46,681 nt of DNA from an uncultured Gemmatimonas sp. (lineage in GTDB: Bacteria > Gemmatimonadota > Gemmatimonadetes > Gemmatimonadales > Gemmatimonadaceae). A program made the translations under genes and the position numbers. The notes below the pieces were generated by a model. That model was not told where the DNA came from, did no database searches, and saw only the letters and a list, made by a program, of their open reading frames with translations. The DNA lies in assembly GCA_964588045.1 (NCBI GenBank), contig CAZPON010000001.1, positions 1-46,681 of the forward strand, read 5' to 3'. Of the stretch, positions 37,260 to 46,681 are shown piece after piece (positions within the stretch are counted from its first letter, which is position 1; every line of letters begins with the position of its first letter).

Positions 37260-38019
37260 CTATAACACGCGCCACCACGGAGCTGCCACGATGCCCCGGC
37301 CAAGTGTCAGGATGTCGGGCCCGTTGTGCACCAACAGGCCGCCTTCGGCGATGTCGTGATATTCATCGAGGAACGCACGCAGGCCCACCGTATCCCCAAC
37401 GCCGGGCGACGATGTGGCCTTCACCTCGATGGGCAGCACGGCCCCGGTCGGAAGCTCCACCACGAAGTCCACCTCCCGCTGGGTTGCCGTGCGCCAATGA
37501 TGCACCACCGGACGCTGGGAGCGACTGCTGCACCACGCCTGCAGGTCCATCAGAATCATGTTCTCGAGGTGTGCACCCGTTGGCGCAGGGTAACCAGCCA
37601 GGTGCAGCGCCATCGCCGTGTCCGACCAATAGAGTCGCGGCTTGCGCGTCAGTCGGCTGGTCCGATTCACGCTGTAGGCCGGTACCCGAACCAGCTGGAA
37701 CGCAATCGTCAGCAGGTCGGTCCAGCGCGAGACGGTCGATGTCGGCAATCCCGTGGTTTGTGCCCACGCAGCCTGATGCTCCAGTTGCCCGAGTGACGTG
37801 CACGCGGCGCGCATGAGCCGGAGCAGGTCGAGGGGTTTGCTGAGCGCCGACAACTCCGCGACATCACGCGCAAGGAAAGTCTCCAGATCGCGCGATGAGC
37901 GTGCTCTTCCCGGTTTGTCGCGCGCCCATGACGACCGCGACCGGTTGAGCGGCGAGGATGGCCGAGAGATGTCGCTCAGCAAGCCGGGACAGGTAAGAAG
38001 TCGTATCGTCCCGAGACAT
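37260..38019 (-). pseudogene. Internally deleted and frameshifted AAA_14/DUF4143 gene
   Basis: ATG 38019 gives MSRD...GARQTGKSTL (stop at 37864). From about 37886 a different frame reads LETFLARDV...KPRLYWSDT...EVDF...IEVK. The Walker B/TGSS region is absent. Confidence 0.85.
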
Positions 38020-38055
38020 GGGCTAAATTATGCCATGCCGTGGGATGATTTACAA
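38020..38055 (-). promoter_or_regulatory. Leaderless sigma70-like promoter with inverted repeat
   Basis: Minus strand TTGTAA-N17-CATAAT-N7-ATG; taaattatgcca-N5-tgggatgattta (10/12). Confidence 0.65.
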
Positions 38056-38089
38056 CCCCTTCATCACCAACACGTTAGCCACGGAGACC

Positions 38090-39541
38090 CTATTGGCCCG
38101 GCCTGACCCACCCGTCGGGCTGTAACTGCCATCCACCACCCAGCGCCTTGTAGAGATTGACCACCACGATCAGCTGATCGCGCTGCACTTGCGTCAACGC
38201 GTACTGCGCCGGGAACAGCTGCTGCTCGGCCTCCAGCACTTCGAAGTAGCTCGCGCGTCCCGCGTCATAGCGAACCGTGGCGAGATCCACCGCGCGCTGC
38301 AGCGCGCCGACCCGGCTCTCCAGCGCCGTGCGCCGGTCGATGAGATTCTGCTGCGCGATCAGCACGTCCGACGTTTCCTGGAACGCCGTGACCAGCGTCT
38401 TCCGGTACTGCGCCACGGTCTCGTCCCAGAACGCCTTCCGGTTGTTCTCCGTCTCCCGCAGTCGGCCACCGGTGTACAGTGGGCCCGCGAGTGTGCCGGC
38501 GACGTTCCACATGCCGAACGTGCCGTTGATCAGTTCACTGATATTCAGGCTGCGTCCGCCGAACAATGCCGAGAGGCCGATCTTCGGGAAGAAATTGGAG
38601 GCCGCAACGCCCACCTGCGCGTTGGCGTTGATCATGTCCTGCTCGGCCGCCCGGATATCCGGCCGACGCTGCAGCAGGCTGGTAGTGAGACCCACCGGCG
38701 TCAGCGGCATGGTCTGCTGGGTGAGCGGACGGCCGCGCGCGATCGCGCCCGGATTCCCGCCCAGCAGCGCACTGATCACGTTTTCCTGCTGGCCGATCGC
38801 CTGCTTGAGCTCTGCAATGCGATCGCGGCTGTTGTCGTAGTTGGCCTGGGCGCGTTCGACGGGCAGCCGCGTGTCCCGGCCCGCCTCGAACCGCAGCGTG
38901 AACAGCTCGACGTTCTTCTGGAAGACCGCGGCGCTGCTGTCGGCGATGGCGAGTTCACGATCCAGCGACAACAGCCGGAAGTACGCGGCCGCCACATCGC
39001 TCACGAGCGTCAGTTGCACCCCGCGACGAATCTCTTCCTGTGCGTAGAGACTGGCTCGTGCCGCATCCTTGGTGCTGCGGATCCGTCCCCACACGTCCAG
39101 CTCCCAGAAGGCGTTCACGTTCGCCGAGATTCCCGCATACTGCACCTGCTCGATGCTGTTGCTCAAGGGCAGCGGGGACATCGCGCCACCACCGTCGGCA
39201 CCGTACCCGACTTGCGGCTTGTTTCCGGATCTCGCCACGCCGAACGTCGCGCGTGCCTGGTCGATGCGCGCGATGGCGACCTGAATGTCGTAGTTGTTCA
39301 CGAGCGCCTGGTTGACCAGGGCCTGCAATTGCGGGTCGTTGAAGACCTGCCACCACGGCAAGTCGGCCAGTGACGTCGTGTCGGTGGTCGCCGGCTGCGG
39401 CTCGGCCGCACGGAACTCCGGCGCGACCTTCACGTCCGGTCGCGCGTAATTCGGGCCGACCCGGCAACCGGCGACGGTGAAGCAGGCAAGGACGACCGTG
39501 CAGAGCCGGACGAGACCGCGATGCGTGGACTGGGTATTCAT
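38090..39541 (-). CDS. NodT/OprM-family outer membrane efflux lipoprotein
   Basis: Lipobox VAGC-RVGPNY, WELDVWGR, LLQRRPDI and LYKALGGGW. Confidence 0.93.
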   Translation of the reverse strand: MNTQSTHRGLVRLCTVVLACFTVAGCRVGPNYARPDVKVAPEFRAAEPQPATTDTTSLADLPWWQVFNDPQLQALVNQALVNNYDIQVAIARIDQARATFGVARSGNKPQVGYGADGGGAMSPLPLSNSIEQVQYAGISANVNAFWELDVWGRIRSTKDAARASLYAQEEIRRGVQLTLVSDVAAAYFRLLSLDRELAIADSSAAVFQKNVELFTLRFEAGRDTRLPVERAQANYDNSRDRIAELKQAIGQQENVISALLGGNPGAIARGRPLTQQTMPLTPVGLTTSLLQRRPDIRAAEQDMINANAQVGVAASNFFPKIGLSALFGGRSLNISELINGTFGMWNVAGTLAGPLYTGGRLRETENNRKAFWDETVAQYRKTLVTAFQETSDVLIAQQNLIDRRTALESRVGALQRAVDLATVRYDAGRASYFEVLEAEQQLFPAQYALTQVQRDQLIVVVNLYKALGGGWQLQPDGWVRPGQ

Positions 39542-39554
39542 GTCGTGGTGCTCC

Positions 39555-40682
39555 TCACTGGATTGCCGCAAGCATCTTTCTGAACCGCGTGAGCGTGAAC
39601 AGCGAATAGGCACAACCGATAGCGAACATCTTCAGGAGCGCCGGCCACACCATGAACGGCGTCGCGTCCCGGAAAATCACTGCTTGTGAAAAGCTCACGA
39701 AGTGCGTCGACGGCACGAACTGCATGAACTTCTGCAGCGCCTGCGGCATGCTCTCCAGCGGCGTCTGGCCGCCCGACAGCAGGTTCATGATGATGAAGAC
39801 GGGAAATGCCAGCAGCCCGAACTGCGGCATGGAGCGCACCACCGTGGCGATCATGATGCCGAGCGCCGTCACGGAAAACAGGTAGATACACAACCCGAAC
39901 AGGAACAGCAGGATGGAGCCGTGCACGGGCACGCCCAGCAGCCCCTGCACGACGAAGAACAGCGAGGCCATCGCGGCAACCACGACCACGATGCCGTTGG
40001 CCCAGATCTTCGCGAACATCAGCTCGAACGCCTGCAGCGGCATGACGAGCAGGTGCTCGATGTTGCCGTGCTCACGCTCGCGCAGCACGGCCGCGCCGCA
40101 CAGGAAGATCGCCAGCACGGTGATCTGGTTGATGATCTGGTTGATGGCGACGAACCACCCCTGGTAGTAGTTGGGGTTGAATCGCGCGCGCGTTTCGACC
40201 TTCACCAGGGGCTCGTCCCGCACCTTGCCCGCGCCCGACCAGAATGGCATGGCGGCACGCGCAATAATTTCCCCGATGTAGGCAGGTCCGCGGCCGGCCT
40301 GGCTCATCGCCGTGGCATCCGTGATGACTTCGATGGTCGGCTTCCTGTCGGCCTCGAGGTCGGCCTGGAACTGCGGAGGCACGACGACGACGAACGTGTA
40401 CTTGCCCGCATCCATCGCGCGGTTGATGTCGCGGAAGGCCAGATCCCGGGCCGGCAGAAACAGCGGCGGCAGCATCGCTGCGCGGATGTCACGGGCCACC
40501 TCGGAATCGTCCTCGTTCACGACCGCGATCGAGGCATTGACGACATCCATCACCGCGCTCTTCGACGGCGTGTAGATCGAGAACGTGAAGCTGTAGACGA
40601 TCAGGAACAGCATGACCGGATCGCGGAACAGGCTGATGAGTTCCTTGATGCCGAGATGAAAGATGTGCCTGGCGTTCTGCAT
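39555..40682 (-). CDS. ABC-2 type permease (YhhJ-like)
   Basis: LGIKELISL, REREHGNIEHLLVMP and SGGQTPLESMP; follows rbbA. Confidence 0.9.
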   Translation of the reverse strand: MQNARHIFHLGIKELISLFRDPVMLFLIVYSFTFSIYTPSKSAVMDVVNASIAVVNEDDSEVARDIRAAMLPPLFLPARDLAFRDINRAMDAGKYTFVVVVPPQFQADLEADRKPTIEVITDATAMSQAGRGPAYIGEIIARAAMPFWSGAGKVRDEPLVKVETRARFNPNYYQGWFVAINQIINQITVLAIFLCGAAVLREREHGNIEHLLVMPLQAFELMFAKIWANGIVVVVAAMASLFFVVQGLLGVPVHGSILLFLFGLCIYLFSVTALGIMIATVVRSMPQFGLLAFPVFIIMNLLSGGQTPLESMPQALQKFMQFVPSTHFVSFSQAVIFRDATPFMVWPALLKMFAIGCAYSLFTLTRFRKMLAAIQ

Positions 40683-40684
40683 CC

Positions 40685-43468
40685 CTATTCCTCCTGCTTC
40701 TTCAGGAGGAGCACCGACAACGTGAAGTACACGATCGCAATGGTCGTGAGCGTGGCAATGCTCGGCCACAGCGCCGCCCAGCCCAGGGCCTTCGTGAACG
40801 TGCCGACACTGACCTGCTGGAAGGCCGTGCTGGGAAAGATCTTCGACACCAGTCGCGCGCCACCGCTGAGCGACGCAGCCGGCGCGAACATGCCCGAGAA
40901 CTGCACCGCCGGCAGGATGCTGATGATCGCGGCGGCGAAGATGGCCGCCGTCTGCGTGGACGAGAACACCGAAATCAGCAAGCCGAAGCCGGTGCTCGCG
41001 AACACGTAGATCACGCCGCCAATGATCAGCGTCAGCAGGCTGCCCTTGATGGGCACCTGGAACAACAGCACCGCGAGCGCCACCAGCGTGGAGAACTGGA
41101 CCAGGGACACCGTCGCATACGGCAGCAGCTTCCCGAGCAGGAACTCGCCCTTGGAGGCCGGCGCGGCGTAGAAATTCGCGATGGAGCCGAGCTCCTTTTC
41201 GCGCACCACGCTCAACGCCGTCAGCATGCTGGGTATCAGCATCAGCAACAGCATGATGTCGCCCGGCACCATGGCGTAGACGCTCTCGAACGACTGGTTG
41301 TAGAGCGCCCGCACTTCGACCTTCATGGGCTGCGCGGCCAGCGGGATGCCCTTCGACTGGCGCAGCGTACGCTCGTAGGCGTCATGTACCGCCTCGATGT
41401 AGTTGCGCGTGGTTTCCGCGCGAAACGGCACGGCCGCGTCGACATACGCGTAGATCGTGGGCTGCGCGTTCCGTTCCATGTCGCGCTGGAATCCCGGAGG
41501 AATCTCCACCGCGAAGCGCAATTCACCGTTGCGCAATCGTCGGTCGAGCTCGTCGTAGCTCGTGATCGCCGGCATCTCGTCGAAGTATTCCGAGGCGCGA
41601 TAGCTGTCGGCGTAGGTGCGGCTGGCCGATGTCTGGTCGCCATCGAAGACGGCGAACGTCAGGTGTTCGACGTCCAGCGAAATTCCGTAGCCGAACACGA
41701 TCATCAGCAGGATCGGCCCGAGCACCGCGAATGACAGGCGCACGGTGTCATGTCCGAGCTCGATCGCTTCGCGTCGCGCGAATGCCCACACGCGCGAGAT
41801 GCTGAAGCGTGTCAACTCCTCGCCATGCGTCGCGACCGGCCCGGTTGGAGCCGCAGCGGCCGGCGTCGGCATGATGACCACCGGAGCCGGGGCCGCCGCC
41901 GGGGCCGCTGCTGCCGCCGCGGCTGCGTTCTTCGCGGCCGCTTCCTCGAGATAACCAATGAATGCGGTCTCGAGATTGGGCGCCTTGCGTTCGATCACCA
42001 GGTCAGCCGGCCGGCCCTGCGCGAGCACCTTGCCGGCGTGCATCATCGACATGCGATCGCAGCGCTCGGCCTCGTTCATGAAGTGCGTGGACAGGAAGAT
42101 CGTCACGCCCTTCTCCCGCGACAGGCGAATCATCAGTTCCCAGAAGCCATCGCGCGCAACCGGGTCGACACCCGACGTCGGCTCGTCGAGGATCAGCACG
42201 TCCGGCTCGTGCAACACCGCCACCCCAAGCGAGAGGCGCTGTCGAATGCCAAGCGGCAGGCTCTCGGCCAGTGTGTCGGCAACGCTGTCGAGTCCAAAGT
42301 CCTTGATGACTTCGGCCACGCGGGCCTCGCCCTTCTCGCCCAGGTCGAACAGGCGGGCGTGCAGCATGAAGTTCTGCCGCACCGTGAGCTCGGTATACAG
42401 CGAGAAGGCCTGTGACATGAAGCCGACGCGCCGCCGCGACTCGATGTCGCCGCCCTTGACCTCCTTGCCGAAGAGCATCGCCGTGCCCTCGGTGGGCGGC
42501 AGCAGGCCGGTCAGCATCTTCATCGTCGTCGTCTTGCCACAGCCATTGGAGCCGAGGAAACCGAAGATCTCGCCCTTCTCGATCTTCATGCTGACGTGAT
42601 CGACGGCCGTGAATGAGCCGAAGCGTTGCGTCAGTCCGGTCGATTCGATCGCCGCAAGACCGCCGCTGCTCACGTACGGCGTGATGACGGGCTCCTTGTG
42701 GCCCCGCTTCGCCTCTTCCGGCAACAGCTTGATGAACGCCTTCTCGAGGGTCGACTCGCCGGTCTTTTCCCGGACTTCCGCCGGCGTACCGGTCGTGAGC
42801 ACCTTGCCCGCGTTCATGGCAACCAGCCAGTCGAAACGCTCGGCTTCGTCCATGTACGCGGTGGCGACGATCACGCTCATGGTGGGCCGGCGCAGGCGAA
42901 TGCGATCGATGAGCTCCCAGAATTGCCGGCGCGCGAGCGGATCGACACCGGTGGTGGGCTCGTCGAGAATCAGCAGGTCGGGATCGTGGATCAGTGAACA
43001 GCACAACCCGAGCTTCTGCTTCATGCCGCCGGACAGCTTGCCCGCCGGTCGCCCGCGAAACGGCGTGAGGTCCGTGCTGTCCAACAGGTCGACGGTTCGC
43101 TCTTCACGTTCCTTGGCCGACTGCCCGAACAGCCGGCCGAAGAAATCGATGTTCTCCCCCACCGACAGCGTCGGATAGAGATTCTTGCCGAGCCCTTGTG
43201 GCAGGTACGCGATGCGCGAACCCACCGCGTTGCGAAACTTCACATCACCGATATCACCACCCAGCACCTCGATCTTGCCGATCGGGATCTTGCGCACACC
43301 GGCGACCATCGCCAGCAGCGTCGACTTGCCGACGCCGTCGGGGCCGATCAGGCCGATCATCTTGTTGGCGGGCACATCGAGGGTGACGTTGTCCAGCGCG
43401 ACCGCCTTGCCGTACATCCGGCTGACGCCCGAGACCCTGGTGCAAAACTCGCCGCCCGCGACCGCCAT
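40685..43468 (-). CDS. rbbA: Ribosome-associated ATPase / ABC transporter RbbA (two ABC domains plus permease)
   Basis: GPDGVGKST, LSGGMKQ, GSNGCGKTT, LPLGIRQRL and VVREKELGSI. Confidence 0.92.
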   Translation of the reverse strand: MAVAGGEFCTRVSGVSRMYGKAVALDNVTLDVPANKMIGLIGPDGVGKSTLLAMVAGVRKIPIGKIEVLGGDIGDVKFRNAVGSRIAYLPQGLGKNLYPTLSVGENIDFFGRLFGQSAKEREERTVDLLDSTDLTPFRGRPAGKLSGGMKQKLGLCCSLIHDPDLLILDEPTTGVDPLARRQFWELIDRIRLRRPTMSVIVATAYMDEAERFDWLVAMNAGKVLTTGTPAEVREKTGESTLEKAFIKLLPEEAKRGHKEPVITPYVSSGGLAAIESTGLTQRFGSFTAVDHVSMKIEKGEIFGFLGSNGCGKTTTMKMLTGLLPPTEGTAMLFGKEVKGGDIESRRRVGFMSQAFSLYTELTVRQNFMLHARLFDLGEKGEARVAEVIKDFGLDSVADTLAESLPLGIRQRLSLGVAVLHEPDVLILDEPTSGVDPVARDGFWELMIRLSREKGVTIFLSTHFMNEAERCDRMSMMHAGKVLAQGRPADLVIERKAPNLETAFIGYLEEAAAKNAAAAAAAAPAAAPAPVVIMPTPAAAAPTGPVATHGEELTRFSISRVWAFARREAIELGHDTVRLSFAVLGPILLMIVFGYGISLDVEHLTFAVFDGDQTSASRTYADSYRASEYFDEMPAITSYDELDRRLRNGELRFAVEIPPGFQRDMERNAQPTIYAYVDAAVPFRAETTRNYIEAVHDAYERTLRQSKGIPLAAQPMKVEVRALYNQSFESVYAMVPGDIMLLLMLIPSMLTALSVVREKELGSIANFYAAPASKGEFLLGKLLPYATVSLVQFSTLVALAVLLFQVPIKGSLLTLIIGGVIYVFASTGFGLLISVFSSTQTAAIFAAAIISILPAVQFSGMFAPAASLSGGARLVSKIFPSTAFQQVSVGTFTKALGWAALWPSIATLTTIAIVYFTLSVLLLKKQEE

Positions 43469-44529
43469 TACTTATTCGCCCCGCTCGAGCCCGTGGGAGC
43501 CCACAGCTGCGCGGGAGAGACCGACTTGGGCACGAGATTCTCCGGCCACGCGGCGCCCTCGTCGAAACGCACATACCCCATGCCCGGAATGCCGGACTTC
43601 ACGAAGGGGCCGAATTCCTTCAGGCGCTCCTTGTCGATCTGCAGCTTGACGCGGAAGGACAACGCGTAGCGCTCTTCCGCGGTCTCGACCGTCTTCGGCG
43701 TGAACTGTGCCTCCGGAGAAACAAAGGACACGGTGGCACGAATCGGATATGCCGTGGCCGCGTCGAGTACGATCCGCGCCTCGGATCCGAGCTTCACCTT
43801 GCCGGCAACCGGTGCGGGCAGGAAGACGTACATGTACACGTCGCTCAGGTCGAGCATCGAGAACACCCGCCCGCCCGCGGGAAGCACTTCGCCCGGTTCC
43901 GTGAGACGCGACTCGACGCGAGCCGCGAGCGGCGCAACGAGAACGGCTTCCTTGATTTCGGCCTCCAGGCGCTGCACTTGGGCCTGCCCTGCCGCGACTT
44001 CCGCCCGCGCCGCCTGAATCGCCGATTCCGCCTGCTCCACCTGCGCCTTCGATCCCACAACTTCGGCTTCCGACACGGCCTTGCGGGCCAGGTCTATTTC
44101 CGCCTCCTGTCCGCTGACCGCCCCCCTGGGCACCAGGCTCTGCGAGCGCGCGTACTGCTTTTGCGCGTAGTCCTGGTCGGCCTCCCGCACCGCAACCTGC
44201 GCGATCGCGTACCCGCGGTTCGCCTGCGCGACACTGATCCGTGCCTGCGCTTCGACCACCCGGGCCTGCGCCTCCCTGAGCTGGGCCTCGAGCTCGTCGG
44301 TGTCCATGCGCGCGACGACCTGACCCGCTTGCACGGTGTCGCCTTCGTCGAACAGGACTTCCTTGACGCGTCCCGCGTACTTGGTCGCGATGTAGACGTC
44401 GGTCGCCTCGAGGCGGCCGTTCCCGGCCGCGAAACCGTCCGGCAGCCCCTTCGGCCTGAGGAAGAGCCACCATGCGGCGATCCCTGCCACGAGCACGAGA
44501 ACTCCCACGGTGATCATTCGCTTGGACAT
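43468..44529 (-). CDS. HlyD family membrane fusion protein (YhiI-like)
   Basis: GNGRLEA, EGDTVQAGQV, a coiled coil and AQFTPKTVET. Confidence 0.92.
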   Translation of the reverse strand: MSKRMITVGVLVLVAGIAAWWLFLRPKGLPDGFAAGNGRLEATDVYIATKYAGRVKEVLFDEGDTVQAGQVVARMDTDELEAQLREAQARVVEAQARISVAQANRGYAIAQVAVREADQDYAQKQYARSQSLVPRGAVSGQEAEIDLARKAVSEAEVVGSKAQVEQAESAIQAARAEVAAGQAQVQRLEAEIKEAVLVAPLAARVESRLTEPGEVLPAGGRVFSMLDLSDVYMYVFLPAPVAGKVKLGSEARIVLDAATAYPIRATVSFVSPEAQFTPKTVETAEERYALSFRVKLQIDKERLKEFGPFVKSGIPGMGYVRFDEGAAWPENLVPKSVSPAQLWAPTGSSGANK

Positions 44530-44583
44530 ATGCTCCTACCTTGGTGAAGAAGTTGCGCCTCGAAGTGCACGCCGGGTGGGATA

Positions 44584-45438
44584 TCAATCCGCACGAAGCC
44601 CGGCCTCCCGAAAAATCGTCACTGCCGCGGCCACCGCGTCGGTCGAAGGCGGCACCGTGTCATCCAACGTGTAGTCTATTCCCAGCTTTTGCCACTTGTA
44701 GCGGCCCATCTGGTGAAACGGCAGGATCTCGGCGCGCTCCACGACGCCGAGCGACGCACCGAATTCCGCCACGCGCCGCATCTCGGCCGGATCGTCGGTC
44801 AGCCCCGGCACCAGTACATAGCGCAGCCACAGCGGACGCCCCAGCGCCGCCGCGCGACGCGCGAAGGCGATCACCGAGGCATTCGAAACGATGCCGGTGA
44901 CATGCTTGTGCTGCGCCGGCTCGAACGCCTTCATGTCGAGGATCACGAGATCGATGAGGGCGAGCTCCTCGTCCGACAGCTTCTCACCGAAGAAACCGTT
45001 GGTCTCGATCGCCGTGTGCACGCCGAGCTGCTTTGCCGCGCGGAACAGTTTCACGGCGAAGCGATGCTGCATGAGCGGCTCTCCGCCGGAGAGCGTGAAG
45101 CCGCCCTTCATGACCTTCAGCCCGGGCGCGTACTTTCGCAGCTCGTCGACCGCGCGCGCGATCGGCACCGCCATGCCGTTGTGCAGCTTCCACGTGTCCG
45201 GGTTGTGACAGTAGCGGCAGCGGAAACCGCAGCCCGACAACCACGCGACGAGGCGGATGCCCGGCCCGTCGACCGCCGAACCGGTGGTGAACGAGTGCAG
45301 GAACCCGACGTCACCCGACGCCACCGACGCGTCGATGTCGGCGGCCGGCACGTCTTTCGCCAGGTCCACGCGCAACTCGAACGGCGAAGCCGCTTCGAGC
45401 GGGACGTCCGGCTCGGGACCTGCCGCGTGCATGGTCAT
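44584..45438 (-). CDS. pflA: Pyruvate formate-lyase activating enzyme (radical SAM)
   Basis: [28 protein letters not shown] and LPFHQMG; coupled to pflB. Confidence 0.95.
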   Translation of the reverse strand: MTMHAAGPEPDVPLEAASPFELRVDLAKDVPAADIDASVASGDVGFLHSFTTGSAVDGPGIRLVAWLSGCGFRCRYCHNPDTWKLHNGMAVPIARAVDELRKYAPGLKVMKGGFTLSGGEPLMQHRFAVKLFRAAKQLGVHTAIETNGFFGEKLSDEELALIDLVILDMKAFEPAQHKHVTGIVSNASVIAFARRAAALGRPLWLRYVLVPGLTDDPAEMRRVAEFGASLGVVERAEILPFHQMGRYKWQKLGIDYTLDDTVPPSTDAVAAAVTIFREAGLRAD

Positions 45439-46681
45439 TCACCGTGGAACGTGCGATGGATGACATCCAGCTGCTGTTCGCGCGTCAGGCGCACGAAGTT
45501 GACGGCGTAACCCGACACGCGGATCGTGAGGCTCGGATACTTCTCCGGGTGATCCATCGCATCCACGAGCGTCTCGCGATTGAGCACGTTGACGTTCATG
45601 TGGTAGCCCGTCGTCCCGAAGTAGGCGTCGAGGATCGACGTCAGGTTGGTGATGCGCTCATCGGGTGTGCGCCCGAGGCCCGTCGGCACCAGCGTCGTCG
45701 TCAGCGAGATGCCGTCCGCCGCGTCCCGATACGGAATCTTGGCGACCGACGCCGCCGAGGCGTGGATGCCATGACTGTCGCGCCCGTGCATCGGGTTGGC
45801 GCCCGGCGCAAACGGTTCACCATGGCGGCGGCCATCCGGCGTGTTGCCGGTGGCCTTGCCGTACACCACGTTCGACGTGATCGTCAGCACCGACTGCGTA
45901 TGCACCGCGTTGCGATACGTCGGATGCTTGCGGAGCTTCTTCATGAAGCTCGACACCAGCCACGACGCCATGTGGTCGACGCGGTTGTCGTTGTTGCCGA
46001 ACGTCGGATACTCACCTTCGGTCACATAGTCGACCACCAGGCCGGTCTCGTCGCGGATCAGCTTCACCGTGCCATACCGGATGGCCGACAGGCTGTCGGC
46101 CACCACCGACATGCCGGCGATGCCGAACGCCATGGTGCGCAAGGGTGCGTAGTCGTGCAGCGCCATCTCGATGCGCTCGTACGCATACTTGTCGTGCATG
46201 TAGTGGATGACGTTCATGGCGCTGACATAGACGCCCGCCAGCCAGTCCATCATCGTCTCGAAGCGGTCCACCACCTGCTCGAAGTCGAGGACATCGCCCG
46301 TCAGGGGCTCCAGCTTCGGGCCCACCTGCTTGCCGCTGATCTCGTCACGACCGCCGTTGATGGCATACAGCAGGCACTTGGCGAGATTCGCACGGGCGCC
46401 GAAAAACTGCATCTGCTTGCCCATCGCCATCGGCGAGACGCAGCAGGCAATCGCCCCATCGTCGCCCCACGCGCCGCGCATGGTGTCGTCGTTCTCGAAC
46501 TGGATCGACGACGTGTCGATCGCGACTTTCGCGACGAAACGCCGGAACGGTTCCGGCAGGCGTGGCGAGTACCAGATGGTGAGGTTGGGCTCGGGTGCGG
46601 GCCCCAGGTTGTACAGCGTCTGCAGGTAGCGGAAGCTCGTCTTCGTCACCAGCGGGCGGCCATCGTCGCCCATGCCGCCAA
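45435..46681 (-). CDS. pflB: Formate C-acetyltransferase (pyruvate formate-lyase), partial (5' end outside the window)
   Basis: Active-site [22 protein letters not shown] and glycyl-radical motif IRVSGYAV. Confidence 0.96.
   Translation of the reverse strand, partial: GGMGDDGRPLVTKTSFRYLQTLYNLGPAPEPNLTIWYSPRLPEPFRRFVAKVAIDTSSIQFENDDTMRGAWGDDGAIACCVSPMAMGKQMQFFGARANLAKCLLYAINGGRDEISGKQVGPKLEPLTGDVLDFEQVVDRFETMMDWLAGVYVSAMNVIHYMHDKYAYERIEMALHDYAPLRTMAFGIAGMSVVADSLSAIRYGTVKLIRDETGLVVDYVTEGEYPTFGNNDNRVDHMASWLVSSFMKKLRKHPTYRNAVHTQSVLTITSNVVYGKATGNTPDGRRHGEPFAPGANPMHGRDSHGIHASAASVAKIPYRDAADGISLTTTLVPTGLGRTPDERITNLTSILDAYFGTTGYHMNVNVLNRETLVDAMDHPEKYPSLTIRVSGYAVNFVRLTREQQLDVIHRTFHGE

Noticed and set aside
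28192..38089. Integron cassette array or prophage explanation for the accessory region
   Set aside because: No integrase or phage genes, gene orientations are mixed, and there are no recurring attC-like structures (only an isolated ccaacacgttagcc near 38067-38080).

Overview
GC-rich bacterial chromosomal window. The gene content (three orphan ADOP-type duplicated permeases, an acidobacterial-type PadR, a Gly-rich VPS10/BNR protein, Ig-like lipoproteins) looks Gemmatimonadota/Acidobacteriota-like; this is inference only. The left end has the tail of an fds-type formate dehydrogenase operon (fdsA end, fdhD, fdsD), mobA and malic enzyme. The right end has pflB(partial)-pflA followed by a HlyD-RbbA-YhhJ-NodT efflux operon. 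Between them are envelope genes, an amidase, a RhuM-Fic gene preceded by an apparent hsdR remnant, a mazEF-type TA pair, a catalytically intact family-B DNA polymerase and a bactofilin/Zn-ribbon/PP2C trio. The best candidate for an undescribed system is the ~29-38 kb accessory region. It carries three AAA_14-DUF4143-type ATPase/PD-(D/E)xK paralogues (one internally deleted), each with a leaderless sigma70-like promoter overlapped by its own distinct inverted repeat. They are interleaved with a hybrid VapBC pair, a MenA1-MenT1-like nucleotidyltransferase pair and an uncharacterised FCKTQYAS protein. One ATPase and the FCKTQYAS gene sit in a ~2.1 kb unit bounded by 24-bp imperfect direct repeats. 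No rRNA, tRNA, CRISPR array, integrase or transposase was recognised. All family calls come from motif recognition, not database searches.
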